Positions 41,349 through 49,226 of a DNA stretch of 64,000 nucleotides are shown piece by piece (within the stretch, counting starts at the first letter, position 1; each line of letters begins with the position of its first letter). A program made the translations under genes and the position numbers. This DNA comes from Bacteroidia bacterium (lineage in GTDB: Bacteria > Bacteroidota > Bacteroidia > NS11-12g > UBA9320), in assembly GCA_965216465.1 (NCBI GenBank), contig CBDCFW010000001.1, forward strand, positions 64,001 through 128,000, in the 5' to 3' direction. The notes beneath the pieces are model-generated. The model searched no databases and was not told the origin of the DNA. It was given only the letters and a program-made list of their open reading frames with translations.

Positions 41349-42257
41349 TTATTTTAATACAATAACGTTGTTTCGAATTGCGAAATTTCTGTCAGAAATT
41401 TTGCTCAGTGTTTCGAGGCATACCTTTAGATTGTCTAAAGGAAGAGAAACGGTGTAGCGTTCTTCAAGATACTTAGCCCTAAGATTGTAGTCTACATTGT
41501 AGTGTAATTTCAGTTGGCCAAGAATGTAAGCAAGAGGCATGTTTTGACATTCGATTTGAGAGCTTAGCCCGTTGCTTGAAGTTTCAGTTAAGATGGTTTC
41601 AGAAGGAGTGATAACAAATTGCTCACCAGGTTTGAGAATTTTGGAAGTGTTGTTATAACTCACCTTAACAGAACCCGAATAGAGTTCAATAGCGGTAAGA
41701 TTATCGTCTGTAAATACTTTAAACTTGGTACCAAGCACTTCCACTTGGCCTGCATCGGTATTTACAATAAAGGGTAAATTTGACTTAACCACAGAGAATA
41801 CGGCTTCTCCTTGTAACCATAGTTCTCTTGTATTTTCTCCGTAATTTTTATCAAGACTTACAGAAGAATTAACATTTAACGCGATGGTTGAGTTATCGTC
41901 AAGAATTTGGTTTGTAACGGTGTCAGTAGACGCATATTCGGTGGTTTGTGAACCACTGAAGTAATAGATTCCAACAGAAAAGGCAGCAAGTATGAGGATA
42001 CTTGCTGCCATTTTTAGCCAATCAAAGCCTAAAATTCGTATAGGTGCTTTTACAATTTGTTGGAAGCTTGATAACGCCACGTCAGTATGGCTATTATCGT
42101 AGCTTAATTTGTCTGTCAGCTGCCAAACCATTTGGTAATCAGCAAGTTCTTGCTTTAACACCTCTGAAGAAGCTAGCTCGCTTTCAAATGCTAGTCTTTC
42201 TTCTTCGGTTAGATTACCGGTTACATACTTAAACAATATAGTTTGTTTTTCTGACAT
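41349..42257 (-). CDS. FecR family anti-sigma factor
   Basis: N-terminal KYVTGNLTEEE, transmembrane helix, LDDNSTIALN, L.GEA.F.V, VLGTKF. Confidence 0.9.
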   Translation of the reverse strand: MSEKQTILFKYVTGNLTEEERLAFESELASSEVLKQELADYQMVWQLTDKLSYDNSHTDVALSSFQQIVKAPIRILGFDWLKMAASILILAAFSVGIYYFSGSQTTEYASTDTVTNQILDDNSTIALNVNSSVSLDKNYGENTRELWLQGEAVFSVVKSNLPFIVNTDAGQVEVLGTKFKVFTDDNLTAIELYSGSVKVSYNNTSKILKPGEQFVITPSETILTETSSNGLSSQIECQNMPLAYILGQLKLHYNVDYNLRAKYLEERYTVSLPLDNLKVCLETLSKISDRNFAIRNNVIVLK

Positions 42258-42409
42258 TAATTATTGTCTATTAACACTGCTCTCAAGTGCGAAAGTGTAT
42301 TTACATTCTGGTCGCTTTCCTTCAACCATAAATTTACAATTACCTTTTCTTGCGTATTGCACTTTCCAAATAGGAATTTCAATAAAATATTTGGTTCCCA
42401 AATTTTCAC
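42257..42409 (-). CDS. Unannotated 50-aa ORF resembling a stand-alone FecR N-terminal anti-sigma domain
   Basis: GTG start; (M)KIWEPNILLKFLFGKCNTQEKVIVNLWLKESDQNVNTLSHLRAVLIDNN; its stop overlaps the fecR start (TAATG). Confidence 0.6.
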   Translation of the reverse strand: MKIWEPNILLKFLFGKCNTQEKVIVNLWLKESDQNVNTLSHLRAVLIDNN

Positions 42410-42455
42410 TACAAGAGCCTGTTACTTATTAATACAACAAAAAGCAGGGCACCCC

Positions 42456-42947
42456 CTACTCCTTTTTTAATTTTTCTTTAAATATTTTTAATGCCTTGGT
42501 CATTTGGTTCTCTACTGTCTTCACAGAGATCTCTAACAACTCGGCTATTTCTTTATTTTTAAATCCATCTATTCGACTCATCATAAACACTTGCTTACAC
42601 CGAGGCGGCAGCATTTCGAGCACGGCTTGCACGTTGGCAACTTCTTCTTTTTGTTTGAGTTTAGCATCGGCTTCTTGATCGCTTGCAACGTCGAGATCTT
42701 GCATATCACTAAATTCAATTCTTTTTTTCTTGAGGAAATTAAAGCAGCGGTTTTTAGTTGAGGTATAGAGGTAGGCTTTTAATCCATCGCCAATTTGTAA
42801 GTTGTCTTTTTTGTTCCATATAGCGACAAAAACATCGTTTACAATTTCTATTGCATCTTCTTTTGATTTGATAAGATACAGCGCGTACGCCACCAACGAA
42901 GGTTGGTACTTCCTATAAAACTGTTCAAAAGGTTGATCGAAGGACAT
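42456..42947 (-). CDS. ECF RNA polymerase sigma-70 factor (Bacteroidota FecI-like)
   Basis: FEQFYRKY, DVFVAIW, YLY...KNRC.N, LPPRCKQVF.MSR, EIAELL.IS.KTVENQM. Confidence 0.93.
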   Translation of the reverse strand: MSFDQPFEQFYRKYQPSLVAYALYLIKSKEDAIEIVNDVFVAIWNKKDNLQIGDGLKAYLYTSTKNRCFNFLKKKRIEFSDMQDLDVASDQEADAKLKQKEEVANVQAVLEMLPPRCKQVFMMSRIDGFKNKEIAELLEISVKTVENQMTKALKIFKEKLKKE

Positions 42948-43091
42948 GAATTAAAGCCAATTTCGGAATCAAAATTAAACTTTCTATTGAAAACGGGTTA
43001 CACCCGATGCCGTATTGTGGGGCGGATAGAATATATTTTTTACTGATTTAAAAATGATACGATAAAGCTTAGGAAAAAAATCAATTAAGTT

Positions 43092-43099
43092 TACTTTTG
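43092..43099 (+). promoter_or_regulatory. Housekeeping -7 promoter element of tRNA-Cys
   Basis: TACTTTTG matches TAnnTTTG. Confidence 0.65.
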
Positions 43100-43117
43100 C
43101 AGCCAATTCTTGAAAAA

Positions 43118-43188
43118 GGTCGGATGGCCGAGAGGCTAGGCAGAGGTCTGCAAAACCTTTTACACCGGTTCGAGTCCGGTTCCGACCT
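43118..43188 (+). tRNA. tRNA-Cys(GCA)
   Basis: Acceptor GGTCGGA/TCCGACC, anticodon arm GAGGT-CTGCAAA-ACCTT, T arm ACCGG-TTCGAGT-CCGGT, U discriminator, CCA not encoded. Confidence 0.96.
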
Positions 43189-43193
43189 CAAAT

Positions 43194-43220
43194 AAACCCT
43201 GACGAAAGTTGGGGTTTTTT
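43194..43220 (+). terminator. Terminator after tRNA-Cys
   Basis: AAACCCTGAC-GAAA-GTTGGGGTTT followed by a T tract. Confidence 0.75.
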
Positions 43221-43262
43221 GTTGGATAAAAATATCCTCCCTATGCTAATGACTATTATTCA

Positions 43263-43317
43263 TACGGAATAAATCCGTAAAATAGATATATTTTTACGGA
43301 CTATTTCCGTATATTTG
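43263..43317 (+). promoter_or_regulatory. TA operon promoter with two palindromic operators
   Basis: TACGGA-N5-TCCGTA at 43263-43279 and 43295-43311; TATATTTG -7 box at 43310-43317 overlaps the second palindrome. Confidence 0.8.
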
Positions 43318-43335
43318 AAGCAACAATAATTTGAA

Positions 43336-43653
43336 ATGGATAAGCTAGTTATTAATAAAGACCAGGCATATGCACGGTTTGAGGCAAAACTTCCTCGCGA
43401 GCAGAAGGAAATGTTTAAACGAGCGGCAGCATTAAGCGGCTACCGAACGCTTACCGATTTTGTTCTGTCGATAGTTCGTGAAAAGGCAAAACAAATTATT
43501 GATGAGAATGAAGCTTTTTTAGCTTCTGAGCGTGATAAAGAAATATTTTTCTCAGCGCTTCATAAAAGCGACGGTCCAAATGAAGCCCTTATTGACGCAG
43601 CGTCCAGTTATAAAGAGTTGACAAATGAATCCGAAAGTAAAGATTCTAAATAA
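43336..43653 (+). CDS. DUF1778 (TacA/AtaR-like) ribbon-helix-helix antitoxin
   Basis: ARFEAKL..EQK..F.RAA.L.G..TLTDFV, SERD..IFF.AL...PNEAL..A. Confidence 0.9.
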   Translation: MDKLVINKDQAYARFEAKLPREQKEMFKRAAALSGYRTLTDFVLSIVREKAKQIIDENEAFLASERDKEIFFSALHKSDGPNEALIDAASSYKELTNESESKDSK

Positions 43654-44131
43654 AGCCCACCAAAGAAAGCACTTTAGCTGTGGTAACAACTCCCTCGATA
43701 TTTATTTCCAAAAAGCTGTCTCACAAGACATTAAGCGAAACTTAGCAAGGTGTTATGTTCTTACCGACATAGATGATAATTCTAAAGTGTTGGGGTTCTA
43801 TACACTGGCAACTTCAGGTATCCCAAAACACATTATCCCGATTGAATTTCAATCAATGTTCAAAGGCCCATACAAGGCTATTCCTACCATTATTCTTGGA
43901 AGGTTGGCGGTAGACAAATCTTGTCAAGGTATGCAGTATGGTAAGCATCTTTTAGTAGATGCATTGAAGAAATCTTATGAAGCAAGTAAAGACATTGCCG
44001 CAGTTGCAGTAATTGTTGATCCAATTGATGATCAAGCTAAAGATTTCTACTCCAAGTATGGATTTAAACGCTTACCTGACAGCGGAAGAATGTTTTTAAC
44101 GATGAAAGCAATCTCAGTGCTTTTTAGCTAG
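43625..44131 (+). CDS. GNAT toxin (TacT/AtaT-like tRNA acetyltransferase)
   Basis: FSCGN..LD.YF, GFYTL, LGRLAVD..QG..YG..LL.DAL, VDP.D..A..FY.KYGF. Confidence 0.9.
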   Translation: MNPKVKILNKAHQRKHFSCGNNSLDIYFQKAVSQDIKRNLARCYVLTDIDDNSKVLGFYTLATSGIPKHIIPIEFQSMFKGPYKAIPTIILGRLAVDKSCQGMQYGKHLLVDALKKSYEASKDIAAVAVIVDPIDDQAKDFYSKYGFKRLPDSGRMFLTMKAISVLFS

Positions 44132-44148
44132 GTCTTAATTGAGCTTGC

Positions 44149-44187
44149 AACCTTTTACACCGGTTCGAGCACGGTTCTGACCTCAAA
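44149..44187 (+). repeat. Degenerate copy of the tRNA-Cys 3' half (attR-like)
   Basis: AACCTTTTACACCGGTTCGAGcaCGGTTCtGACCTCAAA versus tRNA 43154-43192. Confidence 0.85.
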
Positions 44188-44199
44188 CGGAAGCATTAT

Positions 44200-44604
44200 C
44201 TAACAGCCTTGATCTAGGGTAAAACTACCGTCACCGTCAAAATCTTTGAGTTTCACCGTAACTTCCCACTCGCCGGGAGTACCTGCAGCAGAACATTTCG
44301 TTTTAGAATCGTCGCCTTGTCCAACTGTTAAAGTTTCATTCAAAACTTCATTCCCATCAGCATCTTTTACAATCATTTGAAAGCTGCCACCTTTTTTTGC
44401 GGTGATATCCATGTTTAGCTCTGCTCGTGCTTTTGAATTGTTCCAGGTATGGGTATCTGATTTTGAACCTCCTGTTCCTGTTACATCTCCATCATCTCCT
44501 GCTGAGTTAACAGAAATTTTTTCTTTTGAACAACTGCTCAGTGATAAAACAGCAGCAGACATTGTAAACAACGCAGTTAGTATTATCACTTTTGATCTCA
44601 TCAT
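44200..44604 (-). CDS. Hypothetical lipoprotein
   Basis: Lipobox LSSC-SKE and beta-sandwich-like body; a -7 box at 44625-44632 implies the ATG 44604 start. Confidence 0.65.
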   Translation of the reverse strand: MMRSKVIILTALFTMSAAVLSLSSCSKEKISVNSAGDDGDVTGTGGSKSDTHTWNNSKARAELNMDITAKKGGSFQMIVKDADGNEVLNETLTVGQGDDSKTKCSAAGTPGEWEVTVKLKDFDGDGSFTLDQGC

Positions 44605-44781
44605 TTTAAAATAGTTTGTTTTCACAAATATAAGTACTCAAAGTTGTTTCCTCTTGGACATTTAACTCATCCCCAAAATCAACTCATCCAACGACTATTT
44701 AACCCCCTTCATGCCAAAAGTCTGATTACCTGTGGTTTTAGCCGTTCTAATCTTCTATTATTGACTAGGTAATTATTAAGT

Positions 44782-46044
44782 ATGAAAACAGTTAAGCATT
44801 TATTTTTTGTAGTCTTTTATTTGGTTCTGAGCACAAACGCACATAGCCAAGATTCTCTTCACGTCAGCTCTGAATTTTCTGTAGAAACCAAAGGCCAACA
44901 TAACATTGCGGCGCTCAATCAAAACTTTGATTGTATCAATTGTCGATCACGAGTTGTCAGCGATAATCCCATTCATCATCTTGGAATTTATGCAGGGGTT
45001 AATCACGATTTAGTGCTAAATAAGAAGTACTCGCTTAATACAGGCCTCTACCTCGAAGAACGCAGCCACTCCGGCGGCAACAACACGCTTTCAAACCTGG
45101 TTATCTTTCCACGTATTGTTCTTGAAGCTAATGATTCGATTTCCAAGAACGGAAAATTTCGTTACTCGATTAAAGGTGGTGATCTCTGGGATGAAGACAT
45201 CAATGACATGCTTAGGATTTACAATATTGACTATCAGGGACTTATTGCCAAGCTCTATATTGATAGTCTAAGCTTTGGTTTTATGACCATAGGAGACTTG
45301 TCGCTGAATGTTGGACTAGATCTTCACCAAACCTACAAGTTCTTTACTGGCTTTAAACGTCCAAGGCTTTATAGTGAAATTGCAGTAACGGTAAACGAAT
45401 TGGTTAATGTTCCATTAGGGCGACACCCCTCTTCTGTTGATGCCAATATAGCGGGGTATTCACGGTTCAAACTCAATAACAAGGTGTCGTTTGAAGGCAA
45501 TATTGACGTGCGTCAAAATCCAAATATGTCACCCTCTTTAGCTGCCGGTTTACGTATGAAGTATTCAAACGAAAACCTCAAGCTTAAATCTGCCCTTCGT
45601 TATTATGCTGAGCGGTTTAACCAAGGGTACAATGGTTCCAGACCGCTTTACTACTCGGGCTGGTTCAATTCTTTTACAGGACCACAATTATATCCACTTA
45701 AAAACTTTTACCGAGACCTATCGCAATGGGCACTCTATACACATAGCGGAATGACTGAGATCTTGGCTTTTGAACTTACCGGCTCGTGGGAAAAGAATAT
45801 TTACCGAAAAATTAACGGTTTTGCTGAAGTTGACCTCAACTACCTCTTTGATCTGAAGCAAAAATCAGGAAGCTTATACCCGATGTATAATACTGGAATT
45901 CAAGTTAACTTCTTGCCCGAATTTTACGGCCGCGTTTCAATGACGAATAAGCACATGGATCTTCGAAACTTCTATCAAACGGCATCAGCTAGCAAGGCTC
46001 CTTTTTTAGCGTTAGGGGTTGGGATGGAATTGGGGCAGATATAA
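44782..46044 (+). CDS. Hypothetical secreted/outer-membrane protein
   Basis: Signal peptide (AHS|Q), CINC motif, amphipathic beta strands. Confidence 0.6.
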   Translation: MKTVKHLFFVVFYLVLSTNAHSQDSLHVSSEFSVETKGQHNIAALNQNFDCINCRSRVVSDNPIHHLGIYAGVNHDLVLNKKYSLNTGLYLEERSHSGGNNTLSNLVIFPRIVLEANDSISKNGKFRYSIKGGDLWDEDINDMLRIYNIDYQGLIAKLYIDSLSFGFMTIGDLSLNVGLDLHQTYKFFTGFKRPRLYSEIAVTVNELVNVPLGRHPSSVDANIAGYSRFKLNNKVSFEGNIDVRQNPNMSPSLAAGLRMKYSNENLKLKSALRYYAERFNQGYNGSRPLYYSGWFNSFTGPQLYPLKNFYRDLSQWALYTHSGMTEILAFELTGSWEKNIYRKINGFAEVDLNYLFDLKQKSGSLYPMYNTGIQVNFLPEFYGRVSMTNKHMDLRNFYQTASASKAPFLALGVGMELGQI

Positions 46045-46101
46045 ATATCTTATTTCACAATCAATTCAATAAAATTTAGTTTATGTTAGCGCCTAAATCC
46101 T

Positions 46102-46815
46102 ATGAAAATTATCCTTGTCATTTTAGCGGTATACTTCTTCTGGGTTTGGCGAAAACGCTCAAATAATGAAGAATTCTCCTTCGACCCCGATAACCCTGCC
46201 CCACAAGAGGTATTATCTCTTGATGATGGGAATCAGCTAAAACTTCTGATGCCTGCAACCATTACCCGAGAATGGCTTAACAATGTTCAGCATAAATATA
46301 ATTCTACAGAATTTGATGAATTAGATAGTTTGTTGCTCGTTTACTTGTCAGATATTTTTGAAAAAGCAATTGAGGAAAGCAATTTGCAAGAAGACGACAT
46401 CTGGCAAAACATGACTCGAGCTCAAAAAACATTCTCGACGTTTATTTCTTTCTCAGGTGAAGTTGATAATGGCGGGGTATTTCAGTTCATCTTTAATCTC
46501 CCAACATCAATTTTTGCTGTTGTTGAAATGTGTGAAGAGCTTGGATTGCCTAAGCTGGGCAATGACTATCTAAATGTATTAAGAGAGTTAACGGGCAAAG
46601 AGTATGAATTCTTGTTTATCAAGCAAACTTTTAACAATGAATCACTATCATGGGAAAAACGTTGGAGTGCATTTTCTAGAGGCCAAAAGGACTTAAAATC
46701 AACTCTGGTCATCGAAGACTATTTCTATGATGAAGAGTTCAAAGAAAGTCTCTATAAAACAGTTACCGATTACGTTGAAAAGAATATGGACCACTTTGCT
46801 ATAATTAAAGAATGA
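46102..46815 (+). CDS. DUF4375/DMP19-like protein with N-terminal membrane anchor
   Basis: GEVDNGGVFQFIFN signature; acidic helical body. Confidence 0.7.
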   Translation: MKIILVILAVYFFWVWRKRSNNEEFSFDPDNPAPQEVLSLDDGNQLKLLMPATITREWLNNVQHKYNSTEFDELDSLLLVYLSDIFEKAIEESNLQEDDIWQNMTRAQKTFSTFISFSGEVDNGGVFQFIFNLPTSIFAVVEMCEELGLPKLGNDYLNVLRELTGKEYEFLFIKQTFNNESLSWEKRWSAFSRGQKDLKSTLVIEDYFYDEEFKESLYKTVTDYVEKNMDHFAIIKE

Positions 46816-46909
46816 GCTTCATTATTTTGTTTCCCCAAATGAAAACACCATTCTTTTTGACAAAGAGTCTAACTCAGAAAGTGTAATATTTGACATGACA
46901 TATGCCATG

Positions 46910-47509
46910 CTAGAGTGTATACCTCACTCCTACTCCAGTCCATATCGTTGTCGCATTATAGTTAGGAATGTATAGGAAACTACTAATAAAAGGCTCAATT
47001 GAAAACCCGGTATTATCTTCATTGAAAAAATACGCTGCTTTTAATTGTACTCCTGCAGAGATGTGTTTTAAAAGATTTTCGTACTCAATTTTCTCAAGCT
47101 GATGAAACCTACTGTGATAGATTCTTTCATTGAACGAGAATCCGACCATGGGACCAGCTGATAAGGACCATTGACTAAACTTGTAAGTTAAGTTGTTGGT
47201 TAATAGAAAAGTTGGTTTATTGCTGTGATCGATATAGGTATTTATGAAATTTCCTTCTTGAATAACCAGCTTCTTATTCATCTTAAGATTTATGAATTCA
47301 AAGTCAGCTTCCCATGTTAGCGTTGGTTTGATATCATGTCTTAACCCAATTCCAAATCCAAATGAAAAGTCACTATTTAAATCCTCTTGAAAGATAGATT
47401 TCACAGATGTCGAATACAAACCTGGCCTTGATATTATACTAAGGCTAGTTTTCTGTGCGAAAGACTGAAACCAAATAAGCGTCAAGAATACGATTAGTAT
47501 TATTCTCAT
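46910..47509 (-). CDS. Small outer-membrane beta-barrel protein
   Basis: Signal peptide SFA|Q, FGFGIGL, LSAGP, terminal GVGVRYTL. Confidence 0.65.
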   Translation of the reverse strand: MRIILIVFLTLIWFQSFAQKTSLSIISRPGLYSTSVKSIFQEDLNSDFSFGFGIGLRHDIKPTLTWEADFEFINLKMNKKLVIQEGNFINTYIDHSNKPTFLLTNNLTYKFSQWSLSAGPMVGFSFNERIYHSRFHQLEKIEYENLLKHISAGVQLKAAYFFNEDNTGFSIEPFISSFLYIPNYNATTIWTGVGVRYTL

Positions 47510-47511
47510 AT

Positions 47512-48951
47512 TTAAAAGTTAGGAATATAACCAAATTTTATTCTAATCTCACCATCTAAGGTAGTTTCAAAGACCTTATAGTTTACGCCGCCAATTGACT
47601 CTGTTTGCCAATTTGTGTTTCCATCTATTTTATAAGCTGGCGAATCAGATACAGGGTCATAGCTATAGGGCTTTCTCTTTGTTGAATACCAAATTTCCCT
47701 CTTAAATGCACTTCCTCCTACTGAAATTGTTATATCATCAGGTGTTTCCCATATATTGTCATGGCGTGGAGCATCACACTCGTAAAGAATAAAATAGAAT
47801 ATGTCATTTGGCATGTACGATTGGCATATTAAAATATCGTCTTCAAAAACTTTATGCTTATGTCTGCTGCAATCATCTATAGTTACACCGTCATCCTCTA
47901 ATTTACACCTTTTGACTTGAGCATTTTTTCCTGCGGCTTTAACCTTATCAAAGGTATATACGGATTCCATACCTTCATAAGTATAGGTTGCATTAAAATC
48001 ATGTGTATTCGTAGACGATCTGAAGCTAGATATTGCTTTGTATTCAGTGGCAGTTGTAGGATCAATGTCACGGTAAATAATCCATTGCATCCCAACTTCA
48101 TACTTGTTTCTCCATCCTTCCTGGTACTCAATTTTTGGCAAAGCAGATCCATTTTTGTAGTCTGTAAGCATTTCATATTCCAACACATACAATGAGTAAT
48201 TTGTGGTATTATCTCCACAATCAGGGCAGTTGCTAATATTTTCCATGGGATATTCACAAAGGCTATCAAAATCACATGGGCCCCGCTTATTCTTTAAGAT
48301 CCCCTCTGATTCGCCAGAAAATGGCTCACCATTACAATCATTAAAGGATGAAACTATCCAGATATAACATGTTTCAAACGAATCTTGTGTAATCCATGTA
48401 CTATCAATTTGCCCAATGCTATTTTCATAATAACCCATTATTGAGTCTGCCTCAATTCCTTCCTCCGCGGGAACGACATATAATCTTCCACTCCTTGATA
48501 TGTTCGTGTAGTCAAAATTTGGAGAAAAAAGTCCAGTAACCCATTCACAACTATCGCAGTTATAAGTGAAAAAATAGTCATCATTATAACTATTACTCGG
48601 AAAATGTGTATTTATAGAAGTCTCAACTTCAATATCAAAAGTAAAATTGTTGGTATTGTCCAATTCGTCATGAGCCCTTTGATGTGAAACTTCGAAAAAA
48701 TCATTAGAGTTCATCTCATCTTCAATTGTTGCTCGAATAGCTAAATCACTTGCTACATCTGCAATTCCTATGGCCATCCACCTTAGCTGCTTTGGCATGT
48801 CATCAATGCAATTTGGGCCAAGTACAGCAACTTGACTATGGTCAAAACTTAAAGAATTAGCTGTAAACACATTGCTCTTTTCTTTGCACATACTGAATAG
48901 TAATAAAACCGCTATAATTATAACAGCTGGTATTTTATATATAATTTTCAT
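47512..48951 (-). CDS. Hypothetical Cys-rich lipoprotein
   Basis: Lipobox-like FSMC-KEK; internal CDFDSLCEYPMENISNCPDC; AT-rich DNA. Confidence 0.65.
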   Translation of the reverse strand: MKIIYKIPAVIIIAVLLLFSMCKEKSNVFTANSLSFDHSQVAVLGPNCIDDMPKQLRWMAIGIADVASDLAIRATIEDEMNSNDFFEVSHQRAHDELDNTNNFTFDIEVETSINTHFPSNSYNDDYFFTYNCDSCEWVTGLFSPNFDYTNISRSGRLYVVPAEEGIEADSIMGYYENSIGQIDSTWITQDSFETCYIWIVSSFNDCNGEPFSGESEGILKNKRGPCDFDSLCEYPMENISNCPDCGDNTTNYSLYVLEYEMLTDYKNGSALPKIEYQEGWRNKYEVGMQWIIYRDIDPTTATEYKAISSFRSSTNTHDFNATYTYEGMESVYTFDKVKAAGKNAQVKRCKLEDDGVTIDDCSRHKHKVFEDDILICQSYMPNDIFYFILYECDAPRHDNIWETPDDITISVGGSAFKREIWYSTKRKPYSYDPVSDSPAYKIDGNTNWQTESIGGVNYKVFETTLDGEIRIKFGYIPNF

Positions 48952-49226
48952 CGTCCTTATTTATTTTTAAAGCTATATTCAAGAATACATTCACATTCTT
49001 TCTTGCTCTATATCTATTTCTATGCTAAATCTTATTATTATGTATAGTTTTAGAACATAGTTTCACAACAAAATTATTTAATAGACGACATTTGTTTGTA
49101 GTAGATTAACTACATCCGTAGACTCATCCTACCCCCTCACTGCCAGCAACTTACAAATATTGACATTTGCACTACGCAATTTTATGCTATATTAGTATTC
49201 TTGATTTCAAACCGAAATTTGATAAT

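Larger units (their letters stand above)
43154..44187 (+). mobile_element. Integrase-less islet at tRNA-Cys bounded by att-like direct repeats and carrying a TA pair
   Basis: 43154-43192 (tRNA 3' half) recurs at 44149-44187 with 36/39 identity. Confidence 0.75.

Noticed and set aside
42264-42470. Plus-strand 68-aa ORF between fecR and the sigma gene
   Set aside because: Antisense to the operon; the minus-strand 50-aa ORF has the family-like motif and translational coupling
44141-44187. Second tRNA-Cys gene
   Set aside because: Only the 3' half is present, with no D arm or 5' acceptor strand and with mismatches in the T and acceptor stems
47898-48275. Alternate-frame 125-aa ORF inside the Cys-rich lipoprotein gene
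   Set aside because: Fully nested, with no recognisable motif or initiation signal
48952-49226. Long AT-rich intergenic region as a possible sRNA or riboswitch
   Set aside because: Only a short TGTAGT-N6-ACTACA palindrome; no recognisable riboswitch core or terminator
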